IMG/VR virus record: IMGVR_UViG_3300017565_000003
Length of the DNA stretch: 64,000 nucleotides
From: a virus
Reading direction: 5' to 3' (one strand)
This document shows, one piece after another, positions 18,331 through 29,507 of the stretch. The first letter of the stretch is position 1. Each line of letters starts with the position of its first letter. A program made the translations under genes and the position numbers. Below the pieces are notes generated by a model that was not told where the DNA came from, did no database searches, and saw only the letters and a list, made by a program, of their open reading frames with translations.

Positions 18331-20619
18331 ATGAAAGAGAGAAAATGGTTTAACTTATTTACAGTGTTAATCGTGGCTGCGGTCACTTTAACACTGTATT
18401 TTTCTTATATAATACTAAATTATGATTATATCGGTGCAATGGCCATAATTGAAGATGATAAAGTTACTATTGGAGCAACTGAGCCCCTTACATGGTCATC
18501 TGATAATTTAAATGTTGGTGATGAAATACTTTTAGTTGATGGAAAAGATCCTCTAGAAAATGCCATTATTCAAAAATGGAATATGCTTGAACAAGTAAAG
18601 CATTTAGAGGTTCTTAGTATAGATGGAACAAAAGAAAGCCTTATAGTCGAAGGTAAGTTTGATGGACAAATAGTATTTCACTTTATTGTCCCAATAGCTA
18701 TTTTGATTTTAAGTTTATATTGTAGTTATCTTATATATAAGAGTTATAGAAAGTCAGAGAATTCTGCTGAATCAGCATTGCTGTTAATAGCGTTTTTACT
18801 AACATTTTCTTTAGCTTATATGTGTGGGGGAGCTTCAGCAAGAGGAGATTTATTTTCAAGAACTCTTGTTGTCCCTTTATTACTAGCAACCCCAATACTT
18901 TATTTGCAATTTATGCGAAGATACTATGAGGAAATGAATACTAGATGGTTCAGTAAGTATTGGATATGGGGATGTTATGTACTATTACCAATCAATATAG
19001 TTCTGAGTCTTCTAAGTGGATCTATTAGTTTACCTGGTACTTTAGTTAAACTTATTAACCTTTCAAGTGCTCTGATTGTATTCTTGTTATGCGGTGTTTT
19101 AATATTAACTGGGTTAAAGAAAGTAAAATACAAAACGCAAAAATATATGATAAGAGTATTACTTTTATCTAATATTCTTGCTTTTGCTCCTTTTGTTCTA
19201 TTGTATGTTTTACCATTCGTATTATTTAAAATTGAGATTGTTTCACCTGCATTTCTTACTGGATTCTTGATTATAATACCTTTTTCATTAGTTTATCAAT
19301 TCTTAGCCACGAAAATTTACGATATTGAATTTATTGTTGGTAGGTTTAAGTATTACAGCTTATTAATAACAGTTCCATCCATAATAGCAGTGGCAATTAC
19401 AATGACTGTAGCAACAACCAATTCTACCGTATTCTCTATTAGAATGTTCCTTGTGTTGTTTGGCGTAATGTTTGGAACGCTGTATCTAAAAGAAGTGTTG
19501 GACTACAGATTTAAGCTGAATAAAGTATCTGAGAAAGCAAATTATCAAGACAGGTTGACTGCTTATACTAGAAAGATAAGGGTGGCAAGAAATATCGAGG
19601 AAGTTTCAACTTTACTAAAACAGAATATTACTGACACTATGCTTGTTACCAAGGCGCACAGAGTAAAGTATGATAAAAGCAAAGGAACCTATAAGAGCAA
19701 TACATTCTTGGAGGTTGGTAATGAAGATTATCAACAAGTCTTTAATCAAGCAACTAAAACCCTCGGAGAAATTGTTGAACTAGATAATGGATTTGTTTTA
19801 AATATAGGGGAAACAAGAGGGGATGTTTATTTAATAATAGCTTTATCAGATATTAACACTCCTAAATTAACAAGAGATGAAAAGCAATGGTTGAACAATT
19901 TGGCCTATTATACAAATGTGACTCTTGAGAACTTCATTAAAATTGAAAACTTAATGGATAATCTGGAGGAGCTTGAAAATAATCCTATATGGCTTAATAA
20001 GATTGTTTTTAATCTTGAGGAAAAGCAGCGTTCTAGTTTAGCGAAAGATCTACATGATGCCGTACTACAAGATTTAATTGGATTGAGAAGAAGGATGGAA
20101 ACTCTCTATTTAAAACGAATTCCTACAATGGATGAAGAAACTGAAAGAGAGATCAATAGCTTTATTGTAGGTATGACTGATGCAATTGAAACAACTAGAA
20201 AGACATGTAACGAATTAAGACCACATTTATTATATGATCTAGGCATTGAAAAAGCTTTGAATAAGCTTGCAGATGAACATAATAAAGATGGTCAAAACGT
20301 CATTCTTACAACAAATAACCTAGATAGTTCAATTAGCGAAGAAGTACAATTAAATATTTATAGAATTGCACAAGAACTCCTTAACAACGCAGAAAAGCAT
20401 TCTTTTGCTAAAACAGTTAGATTAGTTGCTGTTAAGATAAAGGAAAAAGTTGTACTTCACTATGAGGATGACGGTGAAGGTGAAGATTTAGAGTATATTC
20501 TTAACAAAGAGGGAAGTATGGGACTGTCCGGTATTAGAGAAAGGGTTCGCATACTTAATGGTGATATTAAAATAGAGACAGAGCCAGGACAAGGATTTAA
20601 AGTTATAGTTGAAATTTAG
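18331..20619 (+). CDS. comP: ComP-like sensor histidine kinase
   Basis: 762 aa; N-terminal TM, PDZ-like loop (LNVGDEILLVDG), polytopic TM region, HisKA_3 H-box KDLHDAVLQ, N-box ELLNNAEKHS, EDDGEG, GSMGLSG. Confidence 0.88.
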   Translation: MKERKWFNLFTVLIVAAVTLTLYFSYIILNYDYIGAMAIIEDDKVTIGATEPLTWSSDNLNVGDEILLVDGKDPLENAIIQKWNMLEQVKHLEVLSIDGTKESLIVEGKFDGQIVFHFIVPIAILILSLYCSYLIYKSYRKSENSAESALLLIAFLLTFSLAYMCGGASARGDLFSRTLVVPLLLATPILYLQFMRRYYEEMNTRWFSKYWIWGCYVLLPINIVLSLLSGSISLPGTLVKLINLSSALIVFLLCGVLILTGLKKVKYKTQKYMIRVLLLSNILAFAPFVLLYVLPFVLFKIEIVSPAFLTGFLIIIPFSLVYQFLATKIYDIEFIVGRFKYYSLLITVPSIIAVAITMTVATTNSTVFSIRMFLVLFGVMFGTLYLKEVLDYRFKLNKVSEKANYQDRLTAYTRKIRVARNIEEVSTLLKQNITDTMLVTKAHRVKYDKSKGTYKSNTFLEVGNEDYQQVFNQATKTLGEIVELDNGFVLNIGETRGDVYLIIALSDINTPKLTRDEKQWLNNLAYYTNVTLENFIKIENLMDNLEELENNPIWLNKIVFNLEEKQRSSLAKDLHDAVLQDLIGLRRRMETLYLKRIPTMDEETEREINSFIVGMTDAIETTRKTCNELRPHLLYDLGIEKALNKLADEHNKDGQNVILTTNNLDSSISEEVQLNIYRIAQELLNNAEKHSFAKTVRLVAVKIKEKVVLHYEDDGEGEDLEYILNKEGSMGLSGIRERVRILNGDIKIETEPGQGFKVIVEI

Positions 20620-20648
20620 GAGCTGCTTATGCAGTTCTTATTTTTTTG
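20619..20648 (+). terminator. Rho-independent terminator after comP
   Basis: GAGCTGC-TTAT-GCAGTTC followed by T-run. Confidence 0.75.
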
Positions 20649-20668
20649 GTTAAATATGAAAATAGTTG

Positions 20669-20697
20669 TTTACAAAGATAAACTTATCTATTATTAT
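20669..20697 (+). promoter_or_regulatory. SigA promoter with palindromic operator in the spacer
   Basis: TTTACA-17-TATTAT enclosing AGATAAACTTATCT. Confidence 0.7.
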
Positions 20698-20885
20698 ATA
20701 GTTAAGAAGTTAATAAAAGGAAGGTTTTATCTTAATTTTCTTCGTGGAAAACGGAGGAAATGGAAGTATACGTGAGAATGAGGGAGGTGTGAAATGGATT
20801 TTAATGATATTAGAGAAATTGTAGATCCTGTTGAAGGATTGTGTTATGAAAATATTGAAAACATTAAAAAGAGAGAGGGAACGCA

Positions 20886-21104
20886 ATGAATCAAGCGATA
20901 GGTAGATATAAAGTTTTTTATAAAAGTCCTAAAGACACTAACCAGAGACAAAATGGTTCGTATGAAAATAAATTGCTTATATTCGAAGGGGAAATAGAAA
21001 ATTTTGTTACAAACGGAAATAATTTATGTGCTTTTAGAAATGAGGAGAATGAAGTATTATTAGTAAATTTTGCAGATATTGTTCAAATGTCGCCTATCAG
21101 TTGA
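20886..21104 (+). CDS. Hypothetical protein
   Basis: GAGGGA RBS. Confidence 0.6.
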   Translation: MNQAIGRYKVFYKSPKDTNQRQNGSYENKLLIFEGEIENFVTNGNNLCAFRNEENEVLLVNFADIVQMSPIS

Positions 21105-21169
21105 GGTGAAATCATGATATATCCATTTAGAAGAAGATGTTAATTTATTTGAATTAGGGGTGTGAAATA

Positions 21170-21568
21170 ATGAGTAATAAAGAAGTTAAGTACAGAGCTT
21201 ATATAAAAGAAACTAACCAAGTTGTAGATGTGGAAGCTATTTACCTTGCCTTGGGTTCTCAAAGTGGGAAAGATATAGTCGCTTTAGGAAATTGGTATTC
21301 GATTGAAGAGGTTGAGTTATTACAATTTACAGGATTAAAAGATGAGAGCAATAAAAATATATATGAAGGAGACATTGTTTGCGAAACTTATGAAGGTGTT
21401 CGTGATATAGGATTGGTGTATTTTTCTGAAGGTATGTTTAAAGTTAATTTTCAGAGTACTGAGGATTTTGCTTTATCAGGATGCGACTTAGAGCAAACAG
21501 AGGTAATTGGGAATGTATTTATGGAAAAAGAGAAGTACAAGGATTTATATGAGTTTTATATTTTGTAA
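21170..21568 (+). CDS. yopX: YopX family protein
   Basis: KYRAY, QFTGLKD..KNIYEGDI, EVIGN motifs. Confidence 0.85.
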   Translation: MSNKEVKYRAYIKETNQVVDVEAIYLALGSQSGKDIVALGNWYSIEEVELLQFTGLKDESNKNIYEGDIVCETYEGVRDIGLVYFSEGMFKVNFQSTEDFALSGCDLEQTEVIGNVFMEKEKYKDLYEFYIL

Positions 21569-21858
21569 GGAAAAAGATGCTATAAATTTACTAAAGGAAG
21601 TAAATTTATATAAAATGTGAGATTTAAAGAGAGGTGAGATACATATGAAAAACCTATTCAAAAGAAAAAGATGTTTTCAATGTGGTGAACCATTGAGACT
21701 ATTCGAAAAGTTGGACTTCTGTAGTTATGATTGCTGTAAGCTTTATAGGCAGATTGAAAAAGAATATCTTGAATCAAGAAAGAAAATAAAATGAAATCTG
21801 ATTTTTAATTGAAGATGATTAAGCAATTGAATAGTCTACATATATAAGTTAAATTTCC

Positions 21859-21992
21859 TTTACAATACATCTCATTTCTTCTATAATAAATATAGATTTA
21901 CTTTTGGAGTCTGCTAATTAAAAATTAGCAAAACTATAACTGAACATATTGTTTTTAAGTGCTGGTCTAGTAGGATAGATCAGTTCTTTTTG
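21859..21992 (+). ncRNA. Candidate ~100-nt sRNA with own promoter and terminator
   Basis: TTTACA-17-TATAAT (21859-21887), hairpin TGCTAATT/AATTAGCA, terminator GCTGGTCTA..TAGATCAGT plus T-run; no ORF. Confidence 0.45.
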
Positions 21993-22022
21993 TAAAAATG
22001 CTGAATAAATTTTAATTTTCCA

Positions 22023-22051
22023 TTTACAAAGCTAAACTTATCTATTATAAT
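22023..22051 (+). promoter_or_regulatory. SigA promoter with operator in the spacer
   Basis: TTTACA-17-TATAAT enclosing AGCTAAACTTATCT. Confidence 0.75.
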
Positions 22052-22183
22052 TAGATTATAAATTTAATGAGGTGGTAAAAATATGTTAAAGGTGAAAAAA
22101 TAAACTTGAGAAGTTAGTAAAAACTACTCGAAATCAAGGTAATACGGATGATCAATTACAGCTATTTATCAAAATTTGCTTAG

Positions 22184-23087
22184 ATGAAATTATATGAAAG
22201 GAAGATGTCCATGTTTAATGGTAAGACAATTGTCAAAACAGAGATTTTGGATAAATTTGAAGATTATATAGGAGGAGTAAAATTATATTTTGAAGATGGA
22301 GATAGTCTAGTAATAGCTTCAAGTCGTACAAACGGTTTAATTTTTGCTAGTTTTGACAATAAAAGCAAAAAGTTTTCAAAGATTCATGCAGACAATATTG
22401 ATTAATAAAAATTGAAATTTAAAAAGGAGAGCAACTAAAATAATGAGAAAAAGATATTGGTTATTTACATGGGACACTTATTATCCAGCAGGTGGGACTG
22501 CACAAGTTGAATTAAAATTTGACACTATTGAAGAGATTGAAGAATGGGTTAGCAATCAAAAATACTTTGATGAATGGGCTGAAATTTTAGACTTAGAAGA
22601 TGGACTATCTTATTTCTCTCATAAAAGAGTCAATGACAAAGAAATCTTTAAGAAATGGATAGATAGTTTAAACATAAATTAATTAAATTCCTGATTTTTA
22701 GTTTGGAAGGGTGAGGAAATGGAAATCAATGCAGAAGCTTATTTACGATATAGACATGGTGAAGCAATTACAACAGGCTGGGAACGACTAGAGATTGTTG
22801 TGAAGTTCAAGGAAGGTAAAAAGTTACTTAAAACTAAAATTATCAAAACTTTAGCGACTACATATAATATTAAACATGGTAATGATCCTTATTGTTCATA
22901 TGGCAACTACCTGGAGGATGTAAAGAGAAAGATTACAAATAAAGATTACTTACATATGGCAGTGGAGACTATCGTGAAAGAACATATCGTGAATAAAGAA
23001 AATAATACAAATGAAGGTAAGAAGAAAACAGATATTATAAATCTTGTAAGCAACATGGAGAAAATTAAAGTTAAAGTCAAACTTTAA
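22184..23087 (+). other. Three hypothetical ORFs (22184-22405, 22443-22682, 22719-23087)
   Basis: ORF track; boundary repeats at 22406 and 22684. Confidence 0.6.
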
Positions 23088-23132
23088 TAATAGATGTTTA
23101 TTTTAAGAAAAATATACGGAGGTTTAGTAATA

Positions 23133-23732
23133 ATGGTTGCATTAGACGATAAGACGGGTGGAGTACAATTTGGCAAGTTTGATAAAGGGAAAGATTTGTC
23201 AATGGCAATAAGAAAATACATAAAAGTAGATTTAGATGATTTATTCATTATTTGTATTGGTACTGATAGATCTACAGGGGATAGTTTAGCACCTTTAGTC
23301 GGCTCAATGTTAACTGAAAAGGGATATAAAAATGTAATTGGAACAATTGATGATCCTGTTCATGCAGTAAACCTAGATGATAAATTAAAACTTATTCCTG
23401 AAGGGAAAACGGTATTGGCAATTGATGCAGCCCTTGGTAAACTTCATAATGTAGGCAAGCTACACTTTAATAAAGGTAGTTTATCTCCAGGAGCTGGAGT
23501 AGGAAAGGAGTTAACAAATGTAGGAGACTTTAATATTCAAGGTACTGTAAACGTTAGTGGTCATATGGAGTTCTTAGTAATACAAACTACAAGGTTGAGT
23601 TTGGTAATGAGAATGGCTAAAGATATTGCATTTGCAATTGAGAATGCATTCACGTTACCTAATACAAATAAGGTTTACAGATTACCCAATAGATATAACA
23701 AAGGATTTAAAGCTGTCTACTCAATGAAATGA
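23133..23732 (+). CDS. yyaC: YyaC-family (GPR-like) spore protease
   Basis: CIGTDRSTGDSLAPLVG, GTIDDPVHAVNL, AIDAALG; GGAGG RBS before ATG 23133. Confidence 0.85.
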   Translation: MVALDDKTGGVQFGKFDKGKDLSMAIRKYIKVDLDDLFIICIGTDRSTGDSLAPLVGSMLTEKGYKNVIGTIDDPVHAVNLDDKLKLIPEGKTVLAIDAALGKLHNVGKLHFNKGSLSPGAGVGKELTNVGDFNIQGTVNVSGHMEFLVIQTTRLSLVMRMAKDIAFAIENAFTLPNTNKVYRLPNRYNKGFKAVYSMK

Positions 23733-23753
23733 GAATTAGATTCAGAAAGGGGA

Positions 23754-24518
23754 TTGCTTTTGGGGGCTAAATTAACTCAAGAAGAAAAGAAACAGAGAAG
23801 TGAAGATAGGAAGAGAAAAAAATATAATAAAACTCATAGATTAATTAATAACGTAGATTATAAAATCTGTAGCATATGTGTTAAATGGATGCCTTCAACA
23901 GAAGAGTATTATTATAAGAATAGTAAGAATAGTATTGATGGGTTATATCCTTATTGTAAAAAATGTGCTGTTCAAAAGGCTTATAAATGGGCAGAAGAGA
24001 ACCCAGAAGCTTATACTAGAGCTATTAGAAAAAGGGATGCTAAAGTTGAAGAAAAAATTAAGAAAAGAAAATTGAGTGAAAAGAGAAGAAAAGAAGGAAA
24101 ACAAAAGGAGTGGCAACGAAATAATAGAGATAAGACAAGAGTCTACAATCTGTATAGAAGTATGAATAAAAAACATGAAATTTCTGAAACAGAAAGAAGA
24201 AATTGTAAGGAGTATTTTAACTGGTCATGCGCATACTGTGGAGTTACTGAAGAGGAATCTTTAAATATATATGGAGAAAGACTACACATGGATCACGTAG
24301 ATCCTAATGGAGCGAATGATTTGAGTAATAACATTCCTGCTTGTAAATCATGCAATTCAAAGAAATACACAAGCAGCTTAGAGGAATGGTATAGTAATGA
24401 CAATCCATTTATGAATTATTTTTCAGAAGATAGGTTGAATAAAATATACAATTGGCTAAATAGTGATTATGAAGTATACATAAATAAACTTAATAAAGGG
24501 GATGGGAGAAATGTTTGA
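23754..24518 (+). CDS. HNH endonuclease with N-terminal zinc finger
   Basis: CAYCG..MDHVDP..NNIPACKSCNSKK. Confidence 0.85.
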   Translation: MLLGAKLTQEEKKQRSEDRKRKKYNKTHRLINNVDYKICSICVKWMPSTEEYYYKNSKNSIDGLYPYCKKCAVQKAYKWAEENPEAYTRAIRKRDAKVEEKIKKRKLSEKRRKEGKQKEWQRNNRDKTRVYNLYRSMNKKHEISETERRNCKEYFNWSCAYCGVTEEESLNIYGERLHMDHVDPNGANDLSNNIPACKSCNSKKYTSSLEEWYSNDNPFMNYFSEDRLNKIYNWLNSDYEVYINKLNKGDGRNV

Positions 24519-24810
24519 TCCTAGAGTCGAGAGTAAAGCACATCATATTTGTCACGTTGTAGGTGAGAATGAGGGAATAGTGTTAAGTGATAAGTCCAGG
24601 TATGACATATTTTCAACTGTTAGAGATGCAGTTGACTATTGGAAGGGATTATATGACAGGTCAAATAAGAAGAATTATGAAGGAAAATATAAAGAGGTTG
24701 CAATATTTATAAGAAAATATCCACATGCTACAGGTAAAGATATACAACAATTCATGCTTCAATTAGATATGAATGGAGTAGAAAACTGTAGAAACATAAT
24801 ATTAAAATAA
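24502..24810 (+). CDS. Hypothetical protein
   Basis: ORF track. Confidence 0.6.
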   Translation: MGEMFDPRVESKAHHICHVVGENEGIVLSDKSRYDIFSTVRDAVDYWKGLYDRSNKKNYEGKYKEVAIFIRKYPHATGKDIQQFMLQLDMNGVENCRNIILK

Positions 24811-24823
24811 ATACATAAAGTTA

Positions 24824-24852
24824 TTGACATAAGTAAACTTATCTACTAATAT
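24824..24852 (+). promoter_or_regulatory. SigA promoter with operator in the spacer
   Basis: TTGACA-17-TAATAT enclosing AAGTAAACTTATCT. Confidence 0.7.
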
Positions 24853-25665
24853 TAGTAATATAAATAAATTAATCTATTTTAGAGAGGTGAGGATATGGAA
24901 GAGGAAAAGTTAGTCAAAGCTGCAATTAGAAAAAAAGCATACTTTGATCTAGGATCATTGAATGAAGAGAATTTACTGAAGGCAGCAAGCTATATTGATG
25001 GATTATTGGAACAGCAAGAATACATAACAGAAACAGATATAAAGGTTGGAGAATAAAAAATGTTTGCAGATAAGAAAATACAGAAGATATATGACAGCTT
25101 AGAGAGGTTTAAAAGTAATTATGAATCCGGTAATAAATTAGCAGCAGTTGGTGATTTAGATTTTGTAAAGGAAAATGCACAAGAAGCGATTTATATAATA
25201 TTGGCCGAGATGAAGGATGAAGGTAAGTAGAGAGTTGATGGAAATAGTGAAGTAAGGAGAGGTTTTTATGCCTGATTTTAAACCAAAAGCAAAAGAATGT
25301 GAAGATCATCTCGAGGATTCTATCTATTGGATAGAAAAAACTAAGTATTGTAGTGACTGTGGGAAAGAAATAAAAACAATAACTGATGAAAATAAGATAA
25401 AAAGAACACATGATATTGGTGCATAATTAACTTACAATAGTCTGACAATCAACAAAATAGTAAAGGAATGAACAAGATGAATATGTATTTAATCACTACC
25501 AAAAATGGAACATATATATCAATCGGAAATAAAGAAACTGAAGCTAAAACTAATTTCACTTTGGAATTTCCAAGTGAAAAAATTCGTGAAATAGAAGAAT
25601 TAGAAGGAAAAGCTTTACAGGTTTTGATTTTAAGTTAATTCACAATTCAAGTAAAAACAGAAGGA

Positions 25666-25872
25666 GTGGAAACTTTGAAAATAATAACAAAAGATAACTT
25701 TAACAGAGATTTATTTACAGAAGTAGTTGTTGCAGAAAACGTCAATGAGTTTATAGGGAGTCAACTAGTAAAAGAATGGAATAATAAACACTGGAACGAA
25801 CATTCTGATTTTTATTTGGCATTAGTTGAAGATGAATATCAGTTATATGATGGATATGCTGGTTTGTACTAA
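25666..25872 (+). CDS. Hypothetical protein, paralogue of 32920-33117
   Basis: KIITKDNF.RDLFTE..AENVNE.IG..LVKEWN.KHWN.HSD shared. Confidence 0.75.
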   Translation: METLKIITKDNFNRDLFTEVVVAENVNEFIGSQLVKEWNNKHWNEHSDFYLALVEDEYQLYDGYAGLY

Positions 25873-25904
25873 TTTGCTTAGGTGTGAAACATTTTCGTAA
25901 TTTT

Positions 25905-25928
25905 AAAACGTTGAAAATAAAGGGTTTT
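25905..25928. repeat. 24-bp quasi-palindrome, 28 nt before a boundary repeat
   Basis: AAAACGTTGAAAATAAAGGGTTTT flanked by TGTGAAACA/TGTTTCACA. Confidence 0.6.
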
Positions 25929-25990
25929 ATGGACTATGTTTCACAAGAATTTAAGATAAAATTAAAATTTTACTTAGAAAGGGGAATGAA

Positions 25991-27770
25991 ATGGAAAACA
26001 TAAAAAATATTTTAGCTGGCGCTGCTTTATTTGGATCAATTGGATTAGTTGGATATTTAGCGTCTAAACTTCCTGTCATAGTCTACAATTATCTATTCTA
26101 TGCTGTTTTAGCTATAATAGCTATCTTGTTATTATGGGCATTTGGAAAATTGGTTAGATTAATGTTTCAATGAAGGTTGTGTTTTATTATAAATAGAGAT
26201 CGGTAGATTGATAAACTATTAATAAATAGTTAATATGGAAACTGTAGGTAATTAGTTATAATAAGGAGGGAAACGTTATGAAGGAAAGATTTAATGTGAT
26301 TTCAAAACTGGGGACAGAATATATTGTTCAACCTACAGTTTTAGAGGGAAAAGAATACTTTGTTGTCCTTTGGAAGAATGAAGAAGGGGAATATTCTAGT
26401 GATGTTCAAAGTAAAGAAACAGTTGATGAACACATCAAGGATGGTTCTTGGAAGGTTAAAGAGTAAGCCGTTTTAAAGGGGATGTGACATGCTCATTCCC
26501 TGAGTATCTATATAAGTAAACTAAATATAATGAATAACTTATCTAGAAAGTGGGGAGAGAATGAAACAACATATCAAACCAGAGCAATTTAAACAGATGG
26601 ATGACATAGATGCAATGAGATTATTTGATTTAGTTCCTAGAAGCGATTGGTATAAATACCATCATAAAAAAGTAACAATTGGAAAAATGATTGAGTTATT
26701 ACAAGAAAAGGATAAAAATAGTTTATCGAAAATCTTACTTGGTTACCAAGATTATTTAATACATAATGTAGAATACAATTTGTGCGATAAGTTATGGGAG
26801 CATGTAAAGTATTTAAAATAATTCTTTGAACTAGAAAGGAAGTAGCACATATGGGCTTTTATGATTTATTAAAATCGGTAAGAAATGACGTGCGACAAGG
26901 TACATATGAACGAGAAGAAATACTTCTGCTATGTGATGAAGTAGAAGAATTATTAAATAAATTTGGCCAAAAGAATAAATTTAAAAACTTAACACCCAAA
27001 GATATGCAAGAATCTATGGAAGCAAGGGATAGAGCATGGGGAGAAGATTGAAAAAATATATTTTTAAGGGAGTGATGAGATGGAGAAAATACTTGAACAT
27101 ATTCTATCCAATAAAGATAAAATTATTAAGTATGGGCTATTAGATGAAAAGTTGTTGTTGGAATTAAAAATGACCACCTCACTCTATGAATATATTGAAG
27201 TTGTAACAAACTGTTACGATGGTGAGGAAAATCCATATAGATGCAATTGGACTGATATCGAAGGTTTTGGGTATGGTTGGGCATGGATGCAGTACGAAGA
27301 AAAAGACTGGCATAAAATGATGGGAAGACTTGTTTGCCAAGAAGCTGACTCATTGTCAACTGTTATGGATGACACTCTATATTTTGTTTATGAAAATTCT
27401 CAAATAAAAACTTATCATTTTGTTACATTGAATGGAGATAGAACAGATGTTTTGATTGGATTTTCTAATGAGGAAATGTACTTTTAGAATTTATATATCA
27501 AAAAACATAGAAAGGATGGACAATATGTCAGATAAAAATAAACTATTCTTATCTACACAAGAATGGCACTATACATGTGGAGACGGATGCTGCGATGACT
27601 ATGGTGAGAAGGTTTTAGTTAATGGTGAAGATATTAATGTAGATTTACTGGACGAACCTAAGCATGTAATTAAAAAGATATTAAAACATTTAGGGTATGA
27701 TATGGAATGGGAAGAATTAGATTTTGATAGAATTGATTTAAGTGCATGTCAGGATGATTCAGATGATTAA
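25991..27770 (+). other. Small hypothetical ORFs (25991-26173 two-TM, 26278-26466, 26561-26821, 26851-27051, 27080-27487, ~27516-27770)
   Basis: ORF track with RBSs. Confidence 0.6.
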
Positions 27771-27963
27771 ATACATACGATACATAATTGATACTGTAGG
27801 ATTTAATTATTGGTATAAGTGGTGGCTAGGTTCTGATATTAGTTTGTTTGATAATTGTAGCTGGGCAGCATATAAAAGAAATAGCGAATTATAAAAATAA
27901 ATTTAACATAACTATTGATTAATAAAGATAAATTTAATATAATTATAAATGAGGAGGTAGGAA

Positions 27964-29202
27964 ATGAATTATCAATTTGAAAAGAATAAGTTATACGCAT
28001 ACTTAGGTAGTGATTTGGTAGACGCATTAAAGCATTACAAGGCATACATAGCAGGTGGAACAATTACAAGTTTGTTCTGTAATAGAGAAATCAATGATAT
28101 TGATGTTTATTTCAGAAGCGAAGATGATGTGATTAAATTCCTTATAGATATTTGGGATGAACAAAAGTGGATAGTTACTCAAACTAAAAAGGCAACACTA
28201 TTAGTGTATGGAGATGTTAAAGTACAATTAATACACTTTGACTATTTTAAAAGCCCTCAAGATATATTCGACACATTTGACTTTACTGCATGTATGGGTT
28301 GCTTTGATTTTTCAACAGAAGAATTTATACTCCATGAAGATTTCCTTAAACATAATTCACAACGATTAATAAAGTTTAACAGCAGCACAGCTTTTCCAAT
28401 TGTATCATTATTACGTGTTCAGAAATACCAAGATAAACGTTATTACATATCAAAACCAGAGTTTATTAGAATAATACTTACTTGTATGAACTTAAATATC
28501 AATACATTTGCAGAGCTGAAGGATCAGCTTGGAGGTATGTACGGCATTAATTATGACAAGTTGTTTGAAGATGTAGATGAAGAAGAATTTGATTTGCAAA
28601 CAGCCATTGATAAAATAGCAAATATTACATTAGATGAAGACTATTTCAAAGAACCTGAACCGGTACAATTTACAAACTTAGAGGATATTCTTGACAACAT
28701 ATCAACTAAGCCTATGAAAATCTTAGAAGTAAACGATAATACATATCGAATTGGTTATGATGGCCTTTTAACAAAAATTAAAGAAAAACCAGATAACTAT
28801 GAATTAATTAATACATATGAATTCTTTTATAAAAATAAATTTTACAAATATGTTAAAAAGGATAATGAGAAGTATTTTAGCTTTTACAATCCAAAGTTTG
28901 AATACAGAATTGGTGAAGAAGTAGTAGCGGAAGGAAATAGTGGTGGTTCGGGTTATTATAATCACGGTGGCAAGCTGCACTTCAATGAGAAGATGGATAT
29001 TAGTAAATCACCATATAGATTCCACACTAATGCAGTATTAATTGAAGTTGAGGTTAAGCCGGAAGATTTCATTGATGTAGATGGACATGTATTAACTAAG
29101 AAGTGTCATGTGATTAGAGAAGTGCCAGAGGAAGAATGGGAAAAGTTTAATCAAGTTGAAACTAAGATGGAAGATTTAACTTCAGGATTTAGTCTAAGTT
29201 AA
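27964..29202 (+). CDS. Nucleotidyltransferase-fold protein (pol beta superfamily, CCA/polyA-like head) with extra C-terminal domain
   Basis: IAGGTITS..INDIDVYF and FDFTAC motifs. Confidence 0.65.
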   Translation: MNYQFEKNKLYAYLGSDLVDALKHYKAYIAGGTITSLFCNREINDIDVYFRSEDDVIKFLIDIWDEQKWIVTQTKKATLLVYGDVKVQLIHFDYFKSPQDIFDTFDFTACMGCFDFSTEEFILHEDFLKHNSQRLIKFNSSTAFPIVSLLRVQKYQDKRYYISKPEFIRIILTCMNLNINTFAELKDQLGGMYGINYDKLFEDVDEEEFDLQTAIDKIANITLDEDYFKEPEPVQFTNLEDILDNISTKPMKILEVNDNTYRIGYDGLLTKIKEKPDNYELINTYEFFYKNKFYKYVKKDNEKYFSFYNPKFEYRIGEEVVAEGNSGGSGYYNHGGKLHFNEKMDISKSPYRFHTNAVLIEVEVKPEDFIDVDGHVLTKKCHVIREVPEEEWEKFNQVETKMEDLTSGFSLS

Positions 29203-29253
29203 ACTTACCATCTCAAGTAGACAGATATTATACATAGATATGAGGTGAAATAA

Positions 29254-29472
29254 ATGAAGGTTTATTTGGTTGAATTGGATAACGGTCTAAGTTTTGAAGA
29301 TTATTATTCCTGGATAGAAAAAGCTTTTACTACCTACAGAGGAGCTTCTCAATGGTTAATCGATGAAGGATTTGAACCACATCTTGAACACGACATATAC
29401 GGTGATCTAGAGTTGAGTTTTTCTACAGAAAATAATGATGCGAAGATAATTGAAATAGAAGTTAGTGAGTAA
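29254..29472 (+). CDS. Hypothetical protein
   Basis: GAGGTG RBS. Confidence 0.6.
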   Translation: MKVYLVELDNGLSFEDYYSWIEKAFTTYRGASQWLIDEGFEPHLEHDIYGDLELSFSTENNDAKIIEIEVSE

Positions 29473-29507
29473 TAGTTAAGTTAATATAATCTTATTGGGA
29501 AGAGAGA

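Noticed and set aside
17465-21104. comQ or comA next to comP
   Set aside because: Flanking ORFs are too short and lack DDxxD prenyltransferase or receiver/LuxR motifs
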